Source of the DNA: Squalus acanthias
Taxonomy: Eukaryota
Length of the DNA stretch: 64,000 nucleotides
NCBI GenBank assembly: GCA_030390025.1
Contig: CM059432.1
Coordinates: forward strand, 14,944,001 to 15,008,000
Direction: 5' to 3'
Under the pieces are notes generated by a model. That model had not been told where the DNA came from. It made no database searches and saw only the letters and a list, made by a program, of their open reading frames with translations. Both the position numbers and the translations under genes were made by a program. Positions 39,411 through 51,523 of the stretch are shown piece after piece (the first letter of the stretch is position 1; every line of letters begins with the position of its first letter).

Positions 39411-40700
39411 AATATGTCTCAGGTGGACGTAAAAGATCCCACAGCAATATTTCGAAGAAGAGCAGGGGAGTTATCCCCAGTGTCCTGGCCAATATTTATC
39501 CCTCAACCAACATCACTAAAACAGATTATCTGGTCATTATCACATTGCTGTTTGTGGGAGCTTGCTGTGCGCAAATTGGCTGCCGCGTTTCCTACAGTGA
39601 CTGCTTCACTGACAGTAAATTGCTTTGGGATGTCCTGAGGTCATGAAAGGTGCTATATAAATGCAAATCTTGCTTCCTTCATGGGTTGTGATACGTTGGA
39701 AAAATAACATTTAAGGACAGGTAAGATGATAAAATTTTGAGCAGAAACATCTTCCAAGAATCTCATGACTCCCCGGACTGGCAGGATGCACAGTCCGCTT
39801 CAGAGCTCGTGCGTCCCATACCCCAGCACCCCCACCATCCAACCCTCCCCCCACCCCCCCGCCCCCTTTTAAAGAGGGCCATGATATCACAGTTCACACC
39901 CAGAATCCAAAGCAGTCATGGCAGTATGACAAGGAATTGCGTGGGAAACAAGGAAAAGACTTCCTTTGTGAGCAAAATCATGACCGCCTTCATATAAGAA
40001 CATATTTATGATCTCCTTACAAATAGCAAACAGAGTAAATCCCTCCTCCCCAGAGTTTCCTTACAGAGACAGGGGGAAATTGAGGAGTTACCTCAGGGCT
40101 AACTATAATTCTCCAACAGTGGCCAACTTCTGCATGACACTCAAGCAAGCCTGGAGGCAGAATGCCTGCAAAGAGGTCTTATTTCCCATCATTTAAATAA
40201 ACGATTCCCTCGAATCAGTCTACACATTGTGACAATGATGTTTTATTAATCAACAATTTTCTCATTCCTGATATATTATACAAACCAATGACTGAGATTC
40301 CAGGTCGATAGTCTTTGCTAATGGCTGGTTGCTAGGAGATGAATGGGAGTGGTACATATTGATTAACAGACTAATTTCCCTCCATCTCTACACGTATGCA
40401 CCTAACCCCTACCTCATGAGATTTTCTTCAACAATTACAGCAAATTAAAAAAAAATCATGATAGAAAATTAGAGAGTTGTGTGTCTGTATATCAATGGGA
40501 AGCACAGCAAACAAGTCCTGAAGAGATGCCTAGAAGCCATGAAAGAAATAATCCTCCAACTATTGTTCTCTAAAGCCTCTGACAGTGACATTTGCCACTT
40601 GGATTCCTGCACAAGAATTTCCATTACAACCTATAGCTTTTGATATCTACACAAGCATCTGTACTTTGTTCTTTAAATAACAGCTGTCATCATAAATAAT

Positions 40701-40980
40701 GAGAAGTCGCACAACACCAGGTTATAGTCCAACAGATTTATTAAATTTTACAAGCTTTCGAAGCAGTTCGCTCCTTCGTCAGGTAAGTTAGCAGTGAGAG
40801 AATCTCCCAGAATTCACAATTTATTGTGAATTCTGGGAGATTCTCTCACTGCTATCTTACCTGACGAAGGAGCGAACTGCTTCGAAAGCTTGTAAAATTT
40901 AATAAATCTGTTGGACTATAACCTGGTGTTGTGCGACTTCTCATTTTTGTCCACCCCAGTCCAACGCCGGCATCTCCACA
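40701..40980. mobile_element. Short hammerhead-bearing element, copy 6 (near-perfect palindrome with ~120-bp arms plus tail)
   Basis: TSD TCATCATAAATAAT at 40687-40700 and 40981-40994. Symmetry centre AATTCACAAT-TT-ATTGTGAATT near 40821. Confidence 0.92.
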
Positions 40981-41102
40981 TCATCATAAATAATAGCATT
41001 AAACAATATCGGTAGAATTCTTTTTAGTCAGCACCACAACGTTTGAGAATTGTCAAATGAAGTTGCTAAGAAATCTACATCTACATTTCTGTTTTCCCAA
41101 TA

Positions 41103-41735
41103 TGAACATAAGAACATAGGAAATAGGAGCAGGAATAGGCCACTTGGTCCCTCGAGCCTGCTCCTCCATTCAATAAGATCATGGCTGATCTTGGGCTCAA
41201 AGCCACTTCCCTGCCCGCTCCCCATAACCCTTCACTCCCTTATCTTGCAAAAATCTGTCTATCTCCACCTTAAATGTATTTAATGATCCAGCCTCCATGG
41301 CTCTCTGGGGCAGAGAATTCCACAGATTTACGACCCTCTGAGAGAAGAAATTCCTCCTCATCTCAGTTCTAAAAGAGCGACCCTTTAATCTGAAACTTTG
41401 CCCCCAAGTTCTAGATTTCCCCACGAGGGGAAACATCCTCTCTGCATCTACCTTGTCGTGCCCCCTCAGTATCTTATGTTTCAATAAGATCCCCTCTCGT
41501 TCTTCTAAATTCCAATGAGTATAGGACCAACCTGCTCAACCTTTCTTCATAAGTCAACCCCCTCATCTCAGGAATCAACCTAGTGAATCGTCTCTGAACT
41601 GCCTCCAATGCAAGTATATCCCTCCTTAAATAAGGAGACCAAAACTGTACGCAGTTGTAGCAGGACTTCCCTGCTTTTAAAGTCCAACCCCCTTGCAATA
41701 AAGGCCAACATTCCATTTGCCTTTTTGATTACTTG
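41103..41735 (-). mobile_element. CR1 3' end
   Basis: CVQFWSPYLRRDILALEAVQRRFTRLIP...WNSLPQRA, 3'UTR and tail. Confidence 0.88.
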
Positions 41736-42674
41736 CCCTCTCCTTGTGAGGACTCATTCTACTTATCCAGTTCCAGAGAGCTTAAGCACAAGTTAGCAGC
41801 GTCAAAGCTTCGGGAGCCCTGAGTGTGCCGAGAATCACTGCTACAGTTTAACCAGCTAATACTGCTCAGCTTACCAGAGTTGCTTCTCACTGCTCCTCCA
41901 GCCAGGACCACCACACCCAGTGGAGCATTGGCTTGCAGGAGAAAGCCTAGCCTCCAGATGGCAGGTGGACTGCTCCAGATTGCATTAGTGAGTCTGGCTG
42001 GCTAATCAATCATCAACTTCCGCTGGAATATTGTCAAGTATCGGATTACTTCGTCAGCCATTAAGGGTTGATTTGGTTCCAAGTTTCCATCGCCAGGTAT
42101 CTTATGCTGGAGACATCTCAATCCACTTAACTCTACCCAAAGTTGGTTGTCAGAGGACTGACAAGCATAGGCGTGAGCTCTAACGAGGTAGACAGCAAGT
42201 GCCAAAAGCTCCTGACAACTAGGATGGTGAGCAGTGCAACTCACCAGAAGATGTCCAAGTGCATCCTCCTGACCACAGCAAGGACACACACCATATGCCA
42301 CCGAATAGTGGCTACACTAATTGCAGATGTAAAACTTCAGCTCAAGCCTCTTCCCTTTCCAGCATAAACATCTTTGAGGCTTTGGAACCCAAAACAGCAA
42401 GCTGAGTTAAAGCTTTGTCGAACCACAGGAGAAGTTGCCCAATGTGAGCACTAAGAAGGTCTTTAGCATCAATATACAAGGCACATACATTTTGATCCAC
42501 TGCAGCAACTATGTAAGTTTACAGGAAAACATTTTATAAAACCTCTTCCCCCCCCCACCCCCACCTCCAGTTCAGCTATCATTAAGGAAAATAAGAAATA
42601 ACGGCAATTGTTAGCCAAAGCTATCATCTCAATTAAACATTCTGTAATAGCAAGTGATATATTCTTTCTTCTAC

Positions 42675-42777
42675 CTGACAGGGGCTCCTCTGCTCTGGGC
42701 AGGCTTCAGCAGAACAGTCACTGTGCTGTCGGTCTGGTTCAAAGGTGCATCATAATCATACGCTGGCATGGATGGTG
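42675..42777 (-). CDS. PTPRM: Next coding exon of the same R2B phosphatase (absent from the ORF track)
   Basis: 103-nt exon with acceptor ...gatttttgtag and donor gtagaa. Splices in phase 1 to the 202-nt exon, giving (A)[33 protein letters not shown](S). Confidence 0.9.
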
Positions 42778-43289
42778 CTACAAAAATCAGACAACAAAAT
42801 AAGTATATTGTTAAGTCTTTTCGCTATGTAATTATCTCAAGTACAGAATTTAAAAGCAGTTCATCATCCTTCTCATTATTTCCACCTGCATACAATACAA
42901 CCATGACAGCACATAAGGCAAAGCTGCACGCAGTAACTTTGCAATCATAATCGCCATAACAGTGACGGTAGATACATGAGCATCGCCCCAAAACAAAACA
43001 GGAAAGCAGAAAACCACTGAAAGCTGCCGATTAAGAACTAAAAGATGGGATGCCACGAATTGAAGGTCATTCCATGCTGCTGGATGACTCCATAAGCTGC
43101 TAAAGTTCACAATGTTATCTGAACCTAACCAGCATGGTTCAGAGAGTACTGAATGGCTGGAGTCTAGAATCAGAGTTTGTGGATGACATTATAAACTTGC
43201 GAAAGTGAAAAGGGCCTCAGTGATTTACAGCCAGGTTGCAGTAATTTGTCACAGCAGCATAAACACACACTCCACGCTAAATATTTGCG

Positions 43290-43670
43290 ATGTCACGCAC
43301 TCCAAGCCAATTGTTATTCTCTGTAACACACTTTAGACCAACTGTTATTCTCTCTAACATGTTTCAAACTAATTGTTATTCTCTGTCACAGACTTTAGAT
43401 CAAATGTTATTCTCTCAAACACATTCCAAACCAATGGTTATTCTCTGTAACACATACCAATCTAATGATTATTCTCTGTAATAAGCACTTCACAGAAACT
43501 GCTATTCTCGGTAACACATTCCAAATCAATTGTTATTCTCTGTAACACACACTTCAAAGCAACTATTATTCTCTCACACACTCATAAGTCATCTACTTCC
43601 CCGTATGCAAGAGATGTCCAGCCTCTGTTATTCTCCTTATAGCACACTCCCAGTCATTTGTTGCTTTCTA
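43290..43670 (+). repeat. Degenerate ~31-bp tandem repeat
   Basis: Recurrent AATTGTTATTCTCTGTAACACA at roughly 30-33 bp spacing. Confidence 0.8.
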
Positions 43671-45329
43671 TGTAATTGATGTCAAAGGGTTAATAAGCGT
43701 TTACTGTAATACTTGGATTGCCTTTTCTTTTAGTTCGTTTTGCGCAGTCAGGAAAATCCATTCCATAAAATAAAAATTATTAATTTGCAACATTGAAGAG
43801 GTTTAAACAGTAAAAACGTACTTGATTATAATAAGTGACTGTACAATTCTTGATTAAAGGAACATATCATTGCCTGCTGTGTCTGTGTACCTCTGCACCT
43901 TAACTACTTTGCCTTGTACAACTTCAACTGAAATACTTCATAGAAGCAAAGCTATCTTGACAGCCTCTAAACTCTACATCTCAGTATGGATCCACGTTAC
44001 ATAATAGCAAGTGTCAAATTAATGAATAATTGCAACCACTTAAATCGCTGATTCACTCTATTGTTTAAGGAATCGTCCATGTTTACCACATTTTTCATAA
44101 ACACCTTCCCTGGAAACAGTTAAAAAAAAAGACTGATGTGAATTTGCTATCAGTGACTCCAACCGTACATTGAATATATAAAGTGACTGCACTGTAAACT
44201 CTTTCATCATAGACTGGGAGGTGCCACAAATCAAACGGTTTGCAATAAGCCACTGCTTTGCCAATTTTTCAAAACTCAATTTTTTTCCAAGCCATCCAAT
44301 GTTCTCGCTCCTCGCAAGTAATTGGTAGCAGGATTAGAGGGGAGTTGAGGAGAAATTTTTTCACCCAGAGGGTGGTGGGGGTCTAGGACTCACGAACTCG
44401 AGAGGCAGAATCCCTCCTCGCATTTAAAAACTACTTGGATATGCACTTGAAGTGTCGTAACCTGCAAGGCTACGGACCAAGAGCTGGAAAGTGGGATTAG
44501 GCTGGAGAGCTCTTTTTCAGCCGGCACAGACACAATGGGCCGAATGGCCTCCTTCTGTGCCATACACTTCTATGATTCTATGATTCTCTTCTCTTGAGTT
44601 GTGTTGGCTATGATTCCACGGGTGCCAGGTGTCCGCGATATCTTGTCCAAGTGGCCACTTTTCATATGTGAGTCCAGACAGTGAGTGTGAGCAGAGTATT
44701 CTATTGGGGGCATCATAGCCGTGCCTGATCCTATCCTGAATCCAATCCCCCACCCGCACGCACTTTCACAGCAGGAGTCACTGAATAGTGATCACGAGAG
44801 GGAACACTGATTCATTTTTTTCCCCCCCTCTCCCGAGTCTAAGGCTCCTGCATAATCTACTTGGATGACCTGTATGTTGAAACCAATTGTAAGCCTGTCA
44901 AATTTGTTGACAATGAAAAAACAGTGTCTAATAAAGACAGAGATGAAGCAAAAGATTTGCAACAGGGTTTAGATTGGCTATGTAATTGCACAGACATGTG
45001 GTAAATCAACCGTAACACTGATAAATGTAAAATATTGCACAAAGATTGAAGGAAAAAAATGCTGCACATAAATCAGGATCGGGTACGGTAGTGGTTACGT
45101 TACTGGACTAGTGATCGGGACCAACAACCTGGGAGAACGAGTTCAAATCCCACCATGGCAGCTTAAAGAATTTGAATTCAGTTTCATGCCTAGAAATTGT
45201 TCCTTGCATTTATTTACAATTATTCCACAGGCAAAGACATCGAGAGCACATCATCTACTGTTAGATAAATGCAAGAGAAGGAGGAATTTCAACCCAATAG
45301 AGTAAAACTCCCAAAAATGTCTCTTAAAA

Positions 45330-47340
45330 GGAACATAAGAAATAGGAGCGAGAGTAGGCCGTTCGGCCCTTCGAGCCTGCTCTGCCATTCAATAAGATCA
45401 TGGCTGATCTTCCATCTCAACTCCACCTTCTCGCACTATCCCCATTTCCCTTGGTTCCTTTAGTATCCAAAAATTCTATCGATCTCTGTCTTGAATATAC
45501 ATTTGCTGAAGGGATAATTACTAGTCCTAGCCCCTTTAGGGCTACCCCGGATCAGGCATATTCTTCAGACGTTCACTTTCAACTAAAGTTTGAGGTAGCC
45601 GAATCCTAAAGATGCTTAATTGGGTCTAAAGGTCCAGACTATCTCTCCCTAAACGAAAGGAACAACCTGAAGATGTTACCGTCCTCCAGATAGCACTTTT
45701 AATAAGTTTAGCTAGACTGTAACGTTCCGGATATTATGAGGGTGCAGAAAACTCCCCCAGAATTCTGCAACTCCTCACCAAAGGGCGTACAGAGATTGAG
45801 TTCACGAGTTTGATACAGAAGTATTATGTGAGACAATTCTAAAAATATATAGATTTATTAACGAACCGACATGTAATTACAGTTGGTGATTCAATTGCAA
45901 CATTAACAGTTCCAGAAACAGAAATCTTACAATTCTATTATCAGAGATCCTTATTCTCAAATCTTAACTTCGTTACATTTTTACAGTTCTTAGTCTTTAT
46001 TTCAGGATATCCACCAAAATCAAATACAGTACAATACCTTGATCCCCGAGGTACAAAGAGTTGTAGACTTACAGAGCTTGCCTCTGAAGCCGAGAATCGC
46101 TTTGCCCCTTTACAGCGAGACTATCATCCCATTTGAAAGTTCAATATTTATATCCTTTTTCAGTGGTATGTCCTTTGAAGTTTTCTGCTGATGTAAGCTA
46201 ATTATCTCTAGTCATTTTTCTGCTGACCCCTGCTATTCTTACAGTCAGTTCAGCTGGTAGCATTAAGAATCGTGTCTCTACCCCAGGTGTTCGGAGCTTA
46301 TCATAAAAACGGTGTGACAGCAGATGCATCTATTTGATGTCATTCTGACCAAGGTCTTCTGTTTGTGTCTTTTTACGACATGTAAATTAAAAACACCTCA
46401 ACCGGGTGCACCATTGTCTTCTTAGTTACCTCAACTGGTTGTAACACAGACTCGTGTCTCCTGTATTTCATCTGATGTCATTTTTACGAAGGCATATGTT
46501 TCTTAATTTTATGTGTTTCTTTCCAAGGTGTAATTTAGGACACCTTAACATGTGTTCTTTCCAAAGCTTCAGACTTCAGGAGCTTGCAACCTCCTGTTTC
46601 AATAAGGTTATTGATTCAGTGTCAACAACTTATCTTATCTCAATAGCCTGTATGCTGTTAACAATACAGCTTTTCATAGCCAGGTTTCTAGATTTCCAGA
46701 CCTAGTTTGTCATGTTTTAATAAGGCTAGAATTCTTTCATAGAATGGTGTATTTTTCTGAATATGGCTTATTCCTTCACATTGCAACCTTCCAATCCGCG
46801 GGGACTGTTCCAGAATCTAGGGAATTCTGGAAGATCAAAACCAATGCATCCACTATCTCTGTAGCCACCACTTTTAAAACCCTAGGATGTAGGCTATCAG
46901 GTCCAAGGGATTTGTCTGCTTTTAGTCCCATTAATTTCTCCAGTACTATTTCTTTAAGTTTCTCATTCTCATTCTCACCAGACCCTTGGTTCCCCATTAT
47001 TTCCAGAATGTTATTTGTGCCTCCTTCCGTGAAGACAGATACAAAGTATTTCTTTAATATCTCTGCCATTTCCTTATTCTCCATTATAATTTCTCCTGTC
47101 TCTGCCTGTAAGGGACCCACGTTTACTTTCTTTTTACATACCTATCGAAGCTTTTACAATCTGTTTTTATGTCTCTTGCTAGTTTACTCTCATTCTATTT
47201 TATCTCTCTTTATCAATTTCTTGATCATCCTTTGCTGAATTCTAAAATCCTCCTAATCCTCAGGCTTACTACTCTTTTTGGCAACATTATACGCCTCTTC
47301 CTTTAATCTAATACTATCTTTAATATCTCTTGTTAGCCAC
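45330..47340 (-). mobile_element. CR1 fragments (45330-45506 3' end; 46781-47340 ORF2) flanking the solo LTR
   Basis: EMAEILKKYFVSVFT...KSLGPDSLHPRVLK...VPADWKVA; 3'UTR at 45330-45500. Confidence 0.8.
45507..46780 (-). mobile_element. Probable solo LTR (1274 bp), ERV- or LTR-retrotransposon-like
   Basis: Starts TG and ends CA, with short terminal inverted repeat TGAAGGGATAA / TTATTCCTTCA(CA). 4-bp TSD TTGC at 45503-45506 and 46781-46784; removing the insert restores CR1 sequence ACATTTGCAACCTTCC. TATA-like (~46150) and AATAAA (~46000, ~45856) motifs on the minus strand. Confidence 0.65.
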
Positions 47341-47547
47341 ACAGAAAACACCTTCTACTCTGACATTCCCATTTCCTACACCAGCCATGTTTTTAGCGCT
47401 CTGCATGAGATTCTAATTTAGTGATAAGTAGAGTTTAATTATGTAAGTTTTCCACTGTGGATTCACACATACACTTGGAAGTGAATGTAATCTGCTCCAA
47501 ATTTTCACTTAATTTGGCACACCTTAATGCCATCAGCAAATTAGTGG

Positions 47548-47993
47548 TACAGTAGCATGGTGGTTATGATAATGGACTAGTAATCCAGAGGCCTGGACTA
47601 ATTATCCAGAGACATGAGTTCTAATCCCATGATGGCAGCTAGGGAATTTAAATTCAGTTAATTAAATAAATCTGGAATTTAGAAAAAAAGCTAGTATCAG
47701 TAATGGTAACCATGAAACTACTGGATAGTTGTAAAAACCCATCTGGTTCACTGATGTCCTTTCAGGAAGGGAATTTGCTGTCCTTACCTGGCCTAGCCTA
47801 TATGTGACTCCAGACCCACAGCATTGTGCCCTCTGAAATGGCCTAGTAAGCCACTCGGTAGTACCAAACTACTACAAAAAAGTATACTACCTTCACCACA
47901 TGGATTGCAGCGGTTCAAGACGGGCAGTTAGGGAAGGGCAATAAATGCTGGCCTTTCCAGCAACGCCCACATCCCACACGAATAAAAAAAAAA
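47548..47993 (+). mobile_element. SINE sharing its 3' end with the LINE at 58842-59658 (another copy at ~7627-7915, minus strand)
   Basis: tRNA-like head, and tail GGGCAATAAATGCTGGCC...CCCACATCCCA...GAAT(A)n. Confidence 0.7.
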
Positions 47994-48892
47994 TATTTTC
48001 TCAACAATTGATTTCATAGAAGTAGATCACAACAACAATGGTGTGGGGCTGGAGGAGATTACAGAGATAGGGAGGGGCGATGCCATGGATGGATTTGAAA
48101 ACAGGGATGAAAATTTTAAATCGAGGCATTGGTTAACCGCGAGCACATCTTCTCTATGTCCTTACATTGCCATTGACTACATGGCAGCACCTTGGCTACA
48201 TCACATAAGCTGCTTTCAACACTATGTTTGAGCAAATCTGAATTGTACAATCATCATCCAACAAGACACTAGGGTCAGCCGTCACTCACTTGTAGCACTC
48301 TCGCCTCTGAGTCAGAAGGTTGTGGGTTCAAGTCCCACTCCAGAGACTTGAGCACAAAAAATCTCGCCTAACACTCCAGTGAGAGAATACTGCACTGTCG
48401 GAGGTGCCGTCTTTCAGATGAGACGTTAAATCGAGTTTCAGGTCGACGTAAAAAATCCCATGGCACTATTTCGAAGAAGAGCAGGGGAGTTATCCCCGGT
48501 GTCATGGCCAATATTTATCCCTCAATTAACATCACTAAAAACAAATTATCTGGTCATTATCACACTGCTGTTTGTGGGAGCTTGTTGTGTGCACAAATTG
48601 GCTGCCACGTTTCCTACATTACAACAGTGGCTACACTTCAAAAGTGCTTCATTGGCTGTAAAATATTTTATTTCATTCCTGCACAGGACCAGTTGGAGAG
48701 TGTTAAAAGTATGGGGCCTAGACTTGCTGTGTGGCTTCATTTCTCAGGAAGTTATAAAGTTTGAAACTGCAAAAGTTTTCCAAAAGACAATTTTGAGAAA
48801 TAACCTTAAGTTCTCTGTTCCCTCAAACGAAATATATTTCTGAAACTGCTCATTACCAAACAGCGTAAGATGAATGTAGCGGAAAGCAATAC

Positions 48893-49094
48893 CTGATATC
48901 TTTGTAGTAAACTGTTTGGTGACGGGTAGCCCACAGCCTTTGACAGTGCTGGCCCGGATAGTGAACGAGTAGGTGGTCCCCGGGTACAAGCCAACAAACA
49001 GGTGGTGGGTCTCATTTCCTAACTTGAACACGCGACCACTTTGGTTCGATAAGTCAATCTCAGGGTCAAAGGAACCGATGCCATTGTAGAAGAC
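48893..49094 (-). CDS. PTPRM: Internal coding exon of receptor-type tyrosine phosphatase mu (R2B family), fibronectin type III region
   Basis: 202-nt exon with acceptor ...ctctccaaatag and donor gtattg. Translates as [67 protein letters not shown]. From memory, [15 protein letters not shown] and QFTTKIS are PTPRM-type rather than PTPRT/K/U. Confidence 0.88.
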
Positions 49095-49649
49095 CTATTT
49101 GGAGAGTTAAAAGAAAAAAGAAGTAATGAAAAAGCTGTGCAGATGAAAAGAGATTATATCATTATCCAGTAAACCCTCTTGATGTATGCACTGTCAGGCT
49201 TCTGCTATTGCAGTTTTGTGAAACCTAGAATCAGATGTACAGAATGTAGTGCGAGGCAATAAACCCCAGAAAGTTATTACTAATACATATTCAGACCTTT
49301 TTCCAGGTGGGTAGAGTAGTTCAAGGTTTCCCCTAATAACCTAGCGATTATTTGATGTTACAGTGTCAAATTTCTAATGCATAACGTGTGTTTTTTTTAA
49401 TTCTTCTTCCCATCGAAGGATGTAGGTAAAACGATGACCAGCAGAGGTCATTTCATCAATCAGGATGGTAAGTGGTTGGTTTAACATCTATTCAGCTGCA
49501 GATAATGAGCAAACGATCAGAAATTGATCTCCTTTGAGCCAGCTGCAGTTGTGGAAGAAATAAATATCACTACAGTTACAAAGGCATTTAATACAGAACG
49601 GAACAGGCACAGAATTCCAGAGCAGGCACATCGCAATGCATTTCCTTTT

Positions 49650-49841
49650 GGGGTAGAAATTCATCTCGGGCGCAAAACGGGCGGGATCGGATCGGCCGCC
49701 CGTTACACACAGCGGCTGATATTTAATTCCATTGACTGCAATGAAACTGATTATCAGGCACAGCGTATAACGGGCGGCCGGTCCGATGCCGGTCCGATGC
49801 CAGTCCGATACCGCGCCATCGCCCGAGACAAATTTCTCCCC
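49650..49841. mobile_element. Palindromic 192-bp MITE; possible degenerate relative at ~50109-50213
   Basis: GGGGTAGAAATT...AAATTTCTCCCC with internal inverted CTCGGGCG and CGGCCGCCCGTTA; TTT on both sides. Confidence 0.72.
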
Positions 49842-51461
49842 TTTAAGTCTAAAATTCTGTTTCACGCCTCAGAAAAAATGATTGGCAGGTTAAATTTTTG
49901 CCCTCCGCTGAAAGTGCTGATCACAAACGCTTTGCATTTATTTATTCTTTCTGAATATTTCTGAAAATGGCTTTGCACCCAGGTTTTCTCAGAGCACAGA
50001 GCAGAATCTGCTAAAGTTAAGCTTGGTTAAAGGGACATTCGAGTCTTGGTAAAGTGTCTTGCATTCTGCCAGCTTTATTTTCTTCTCCCCTCATATCTTG
50101 AAGTCACTGGGGATAATTTTTCCAATGGAACTGAAAATGGGAGGAGACGTATAACTTGTGGCTGATTCGATATCAGCCATTTTGCACTATCGCCCAAGGT
50201 CAACATGACCCCCACTGACTTTATGCTGGGTTACGATTTCATGGGCACATGTTGCTCCCGAGAACGGTGCTTACTTTTCATGTATAAGTCTAGACAGTGA
50301 GTATCAGCAGGCTATTTTGTCATGGGGAGCATCACGACCAAGCCTGATGCTATTCTTATCCAACATAAGCATTCAGGAATCCTGGCTGATTTGTTTCCCT
50401 CCCTATTGCAGGGGCACTGAGGCCAATTGTAGTGCCCAAGTGCAAATCACAGATCAGGGACTGAACCTGGGATCTTTCTGGGCTTTAAGGCTCAGTTCCA
50501 TTTGCTGTGCGCTTGTTTGGATGGTCAACTGGCTTTAAAACCAATATGATGTCATATTTGGCACTGTACGTTTACATTTTTTGACCCTTTGGTTTCATTT
50601 TTCCCAAGATATAACGTTGAAAGTCAGAAAATATACACAAGTACACAAAATACTGAGGTAATGTTAAAGAAAAAAATTGTAACATGGACGCATAAAGTAG
50701 CAGCACGAAGGTAAGCAACACAAATGAAGGCGCACGACTGTACAACAAAATGGGGTACTAAGTCAGGGTGCACAGATTCCAATATTACCAGAGCCTCCCT
50801 CAGGCACGACTTCACCTATGAACAGGACAAGACATCCCATCACCGTGCAAATCCATAAAAGCAGGTGGCAGGGCCACAGAGCATTAATCATAGAGTCAGA
50901 GTCATAACGGCACAGAAGGAGGCCATTCAGCCCATTGAGCCTGTGCCGGAAATAGCTCAGCATATTTGAAATCTGCGGGAAAGGCATTCCTGCAGAAATA
51001 CAAGAAATTAAAATCCAATCGAAGCCTCCAAGCAGTTAGCTGGAGCATTAGTGTGTGGCCGCGTGGAGTGACGCAGCACGGGTCTGGTTCCACCACCTTT
51101 CTCCCACCTGCCCCCCCCCCCCTCTCCCCATGGAGTTCCTGATTTTAGTCGCGCAGCGTTGGGGGTGGAGGGTGTTGAAGTGAGGCAAACCCTTTCCCCT
51201 CAGGAAGGGAGGGGGTAAAAAGCAGCAGAGAATCTTCATTGGTCTCTCTTACACAGCTTGTGATGGTTGACCTTAGATCATGCTAGAAAGAAGGGGGAGC
51301 AGGTTGCCTGGCCACCTTCTCAGTTGGAGGGCATGCATGCACCCTGAAGAGCCAGGCAGGGGAGGAGCTCCGAGATACTTTTGCTAAAACCGTGTTGTAC
51401 AGTATGACTGCAGACTTTCTTTGATGGCACCCGGAGTGTATCAACAGCCATGGTTATTGAG

Positions 51462-51523
51462 CATGATGCGGAGATGCCGGTGTTGGACTGGGGTGGACAA
51501 AAATGAGAAGTCGCACAACACCA
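51462..51523 (-). mobile_element. Short element copy 7, truncated (tail side only, no ribozyme)
   Basis: TSD GGTTATTGAG at 51452-51461 and 51524-51533, with microhomology GGTTAT to the element. Confidence 0.85.

Noticed and set aside
40698..40945. Palindromes as TIR DNA transposons (MITEs) or miRNA genes
   Set aside because: Variable 10-15 bp TSDs, asymmetric ends, single-arm copies and variable centres fit retrotransposition, not cut-and-paste transposition; there is no evidence of miRNA processing.
1..42674. Next PTPRM exon (VYQIVVEE...YWN...) and, above 49094, the preceding exon
   Set aside because: Not found by eye; probably outside the window, though I could have missed them. A spliced alignment would settle it.
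48744..49031. ORF-track protein [10 protein letters not shown]...NFITS as a standalone gene
   Set aside because: It is part of the 202-nt exon read through the splice donor into intron.
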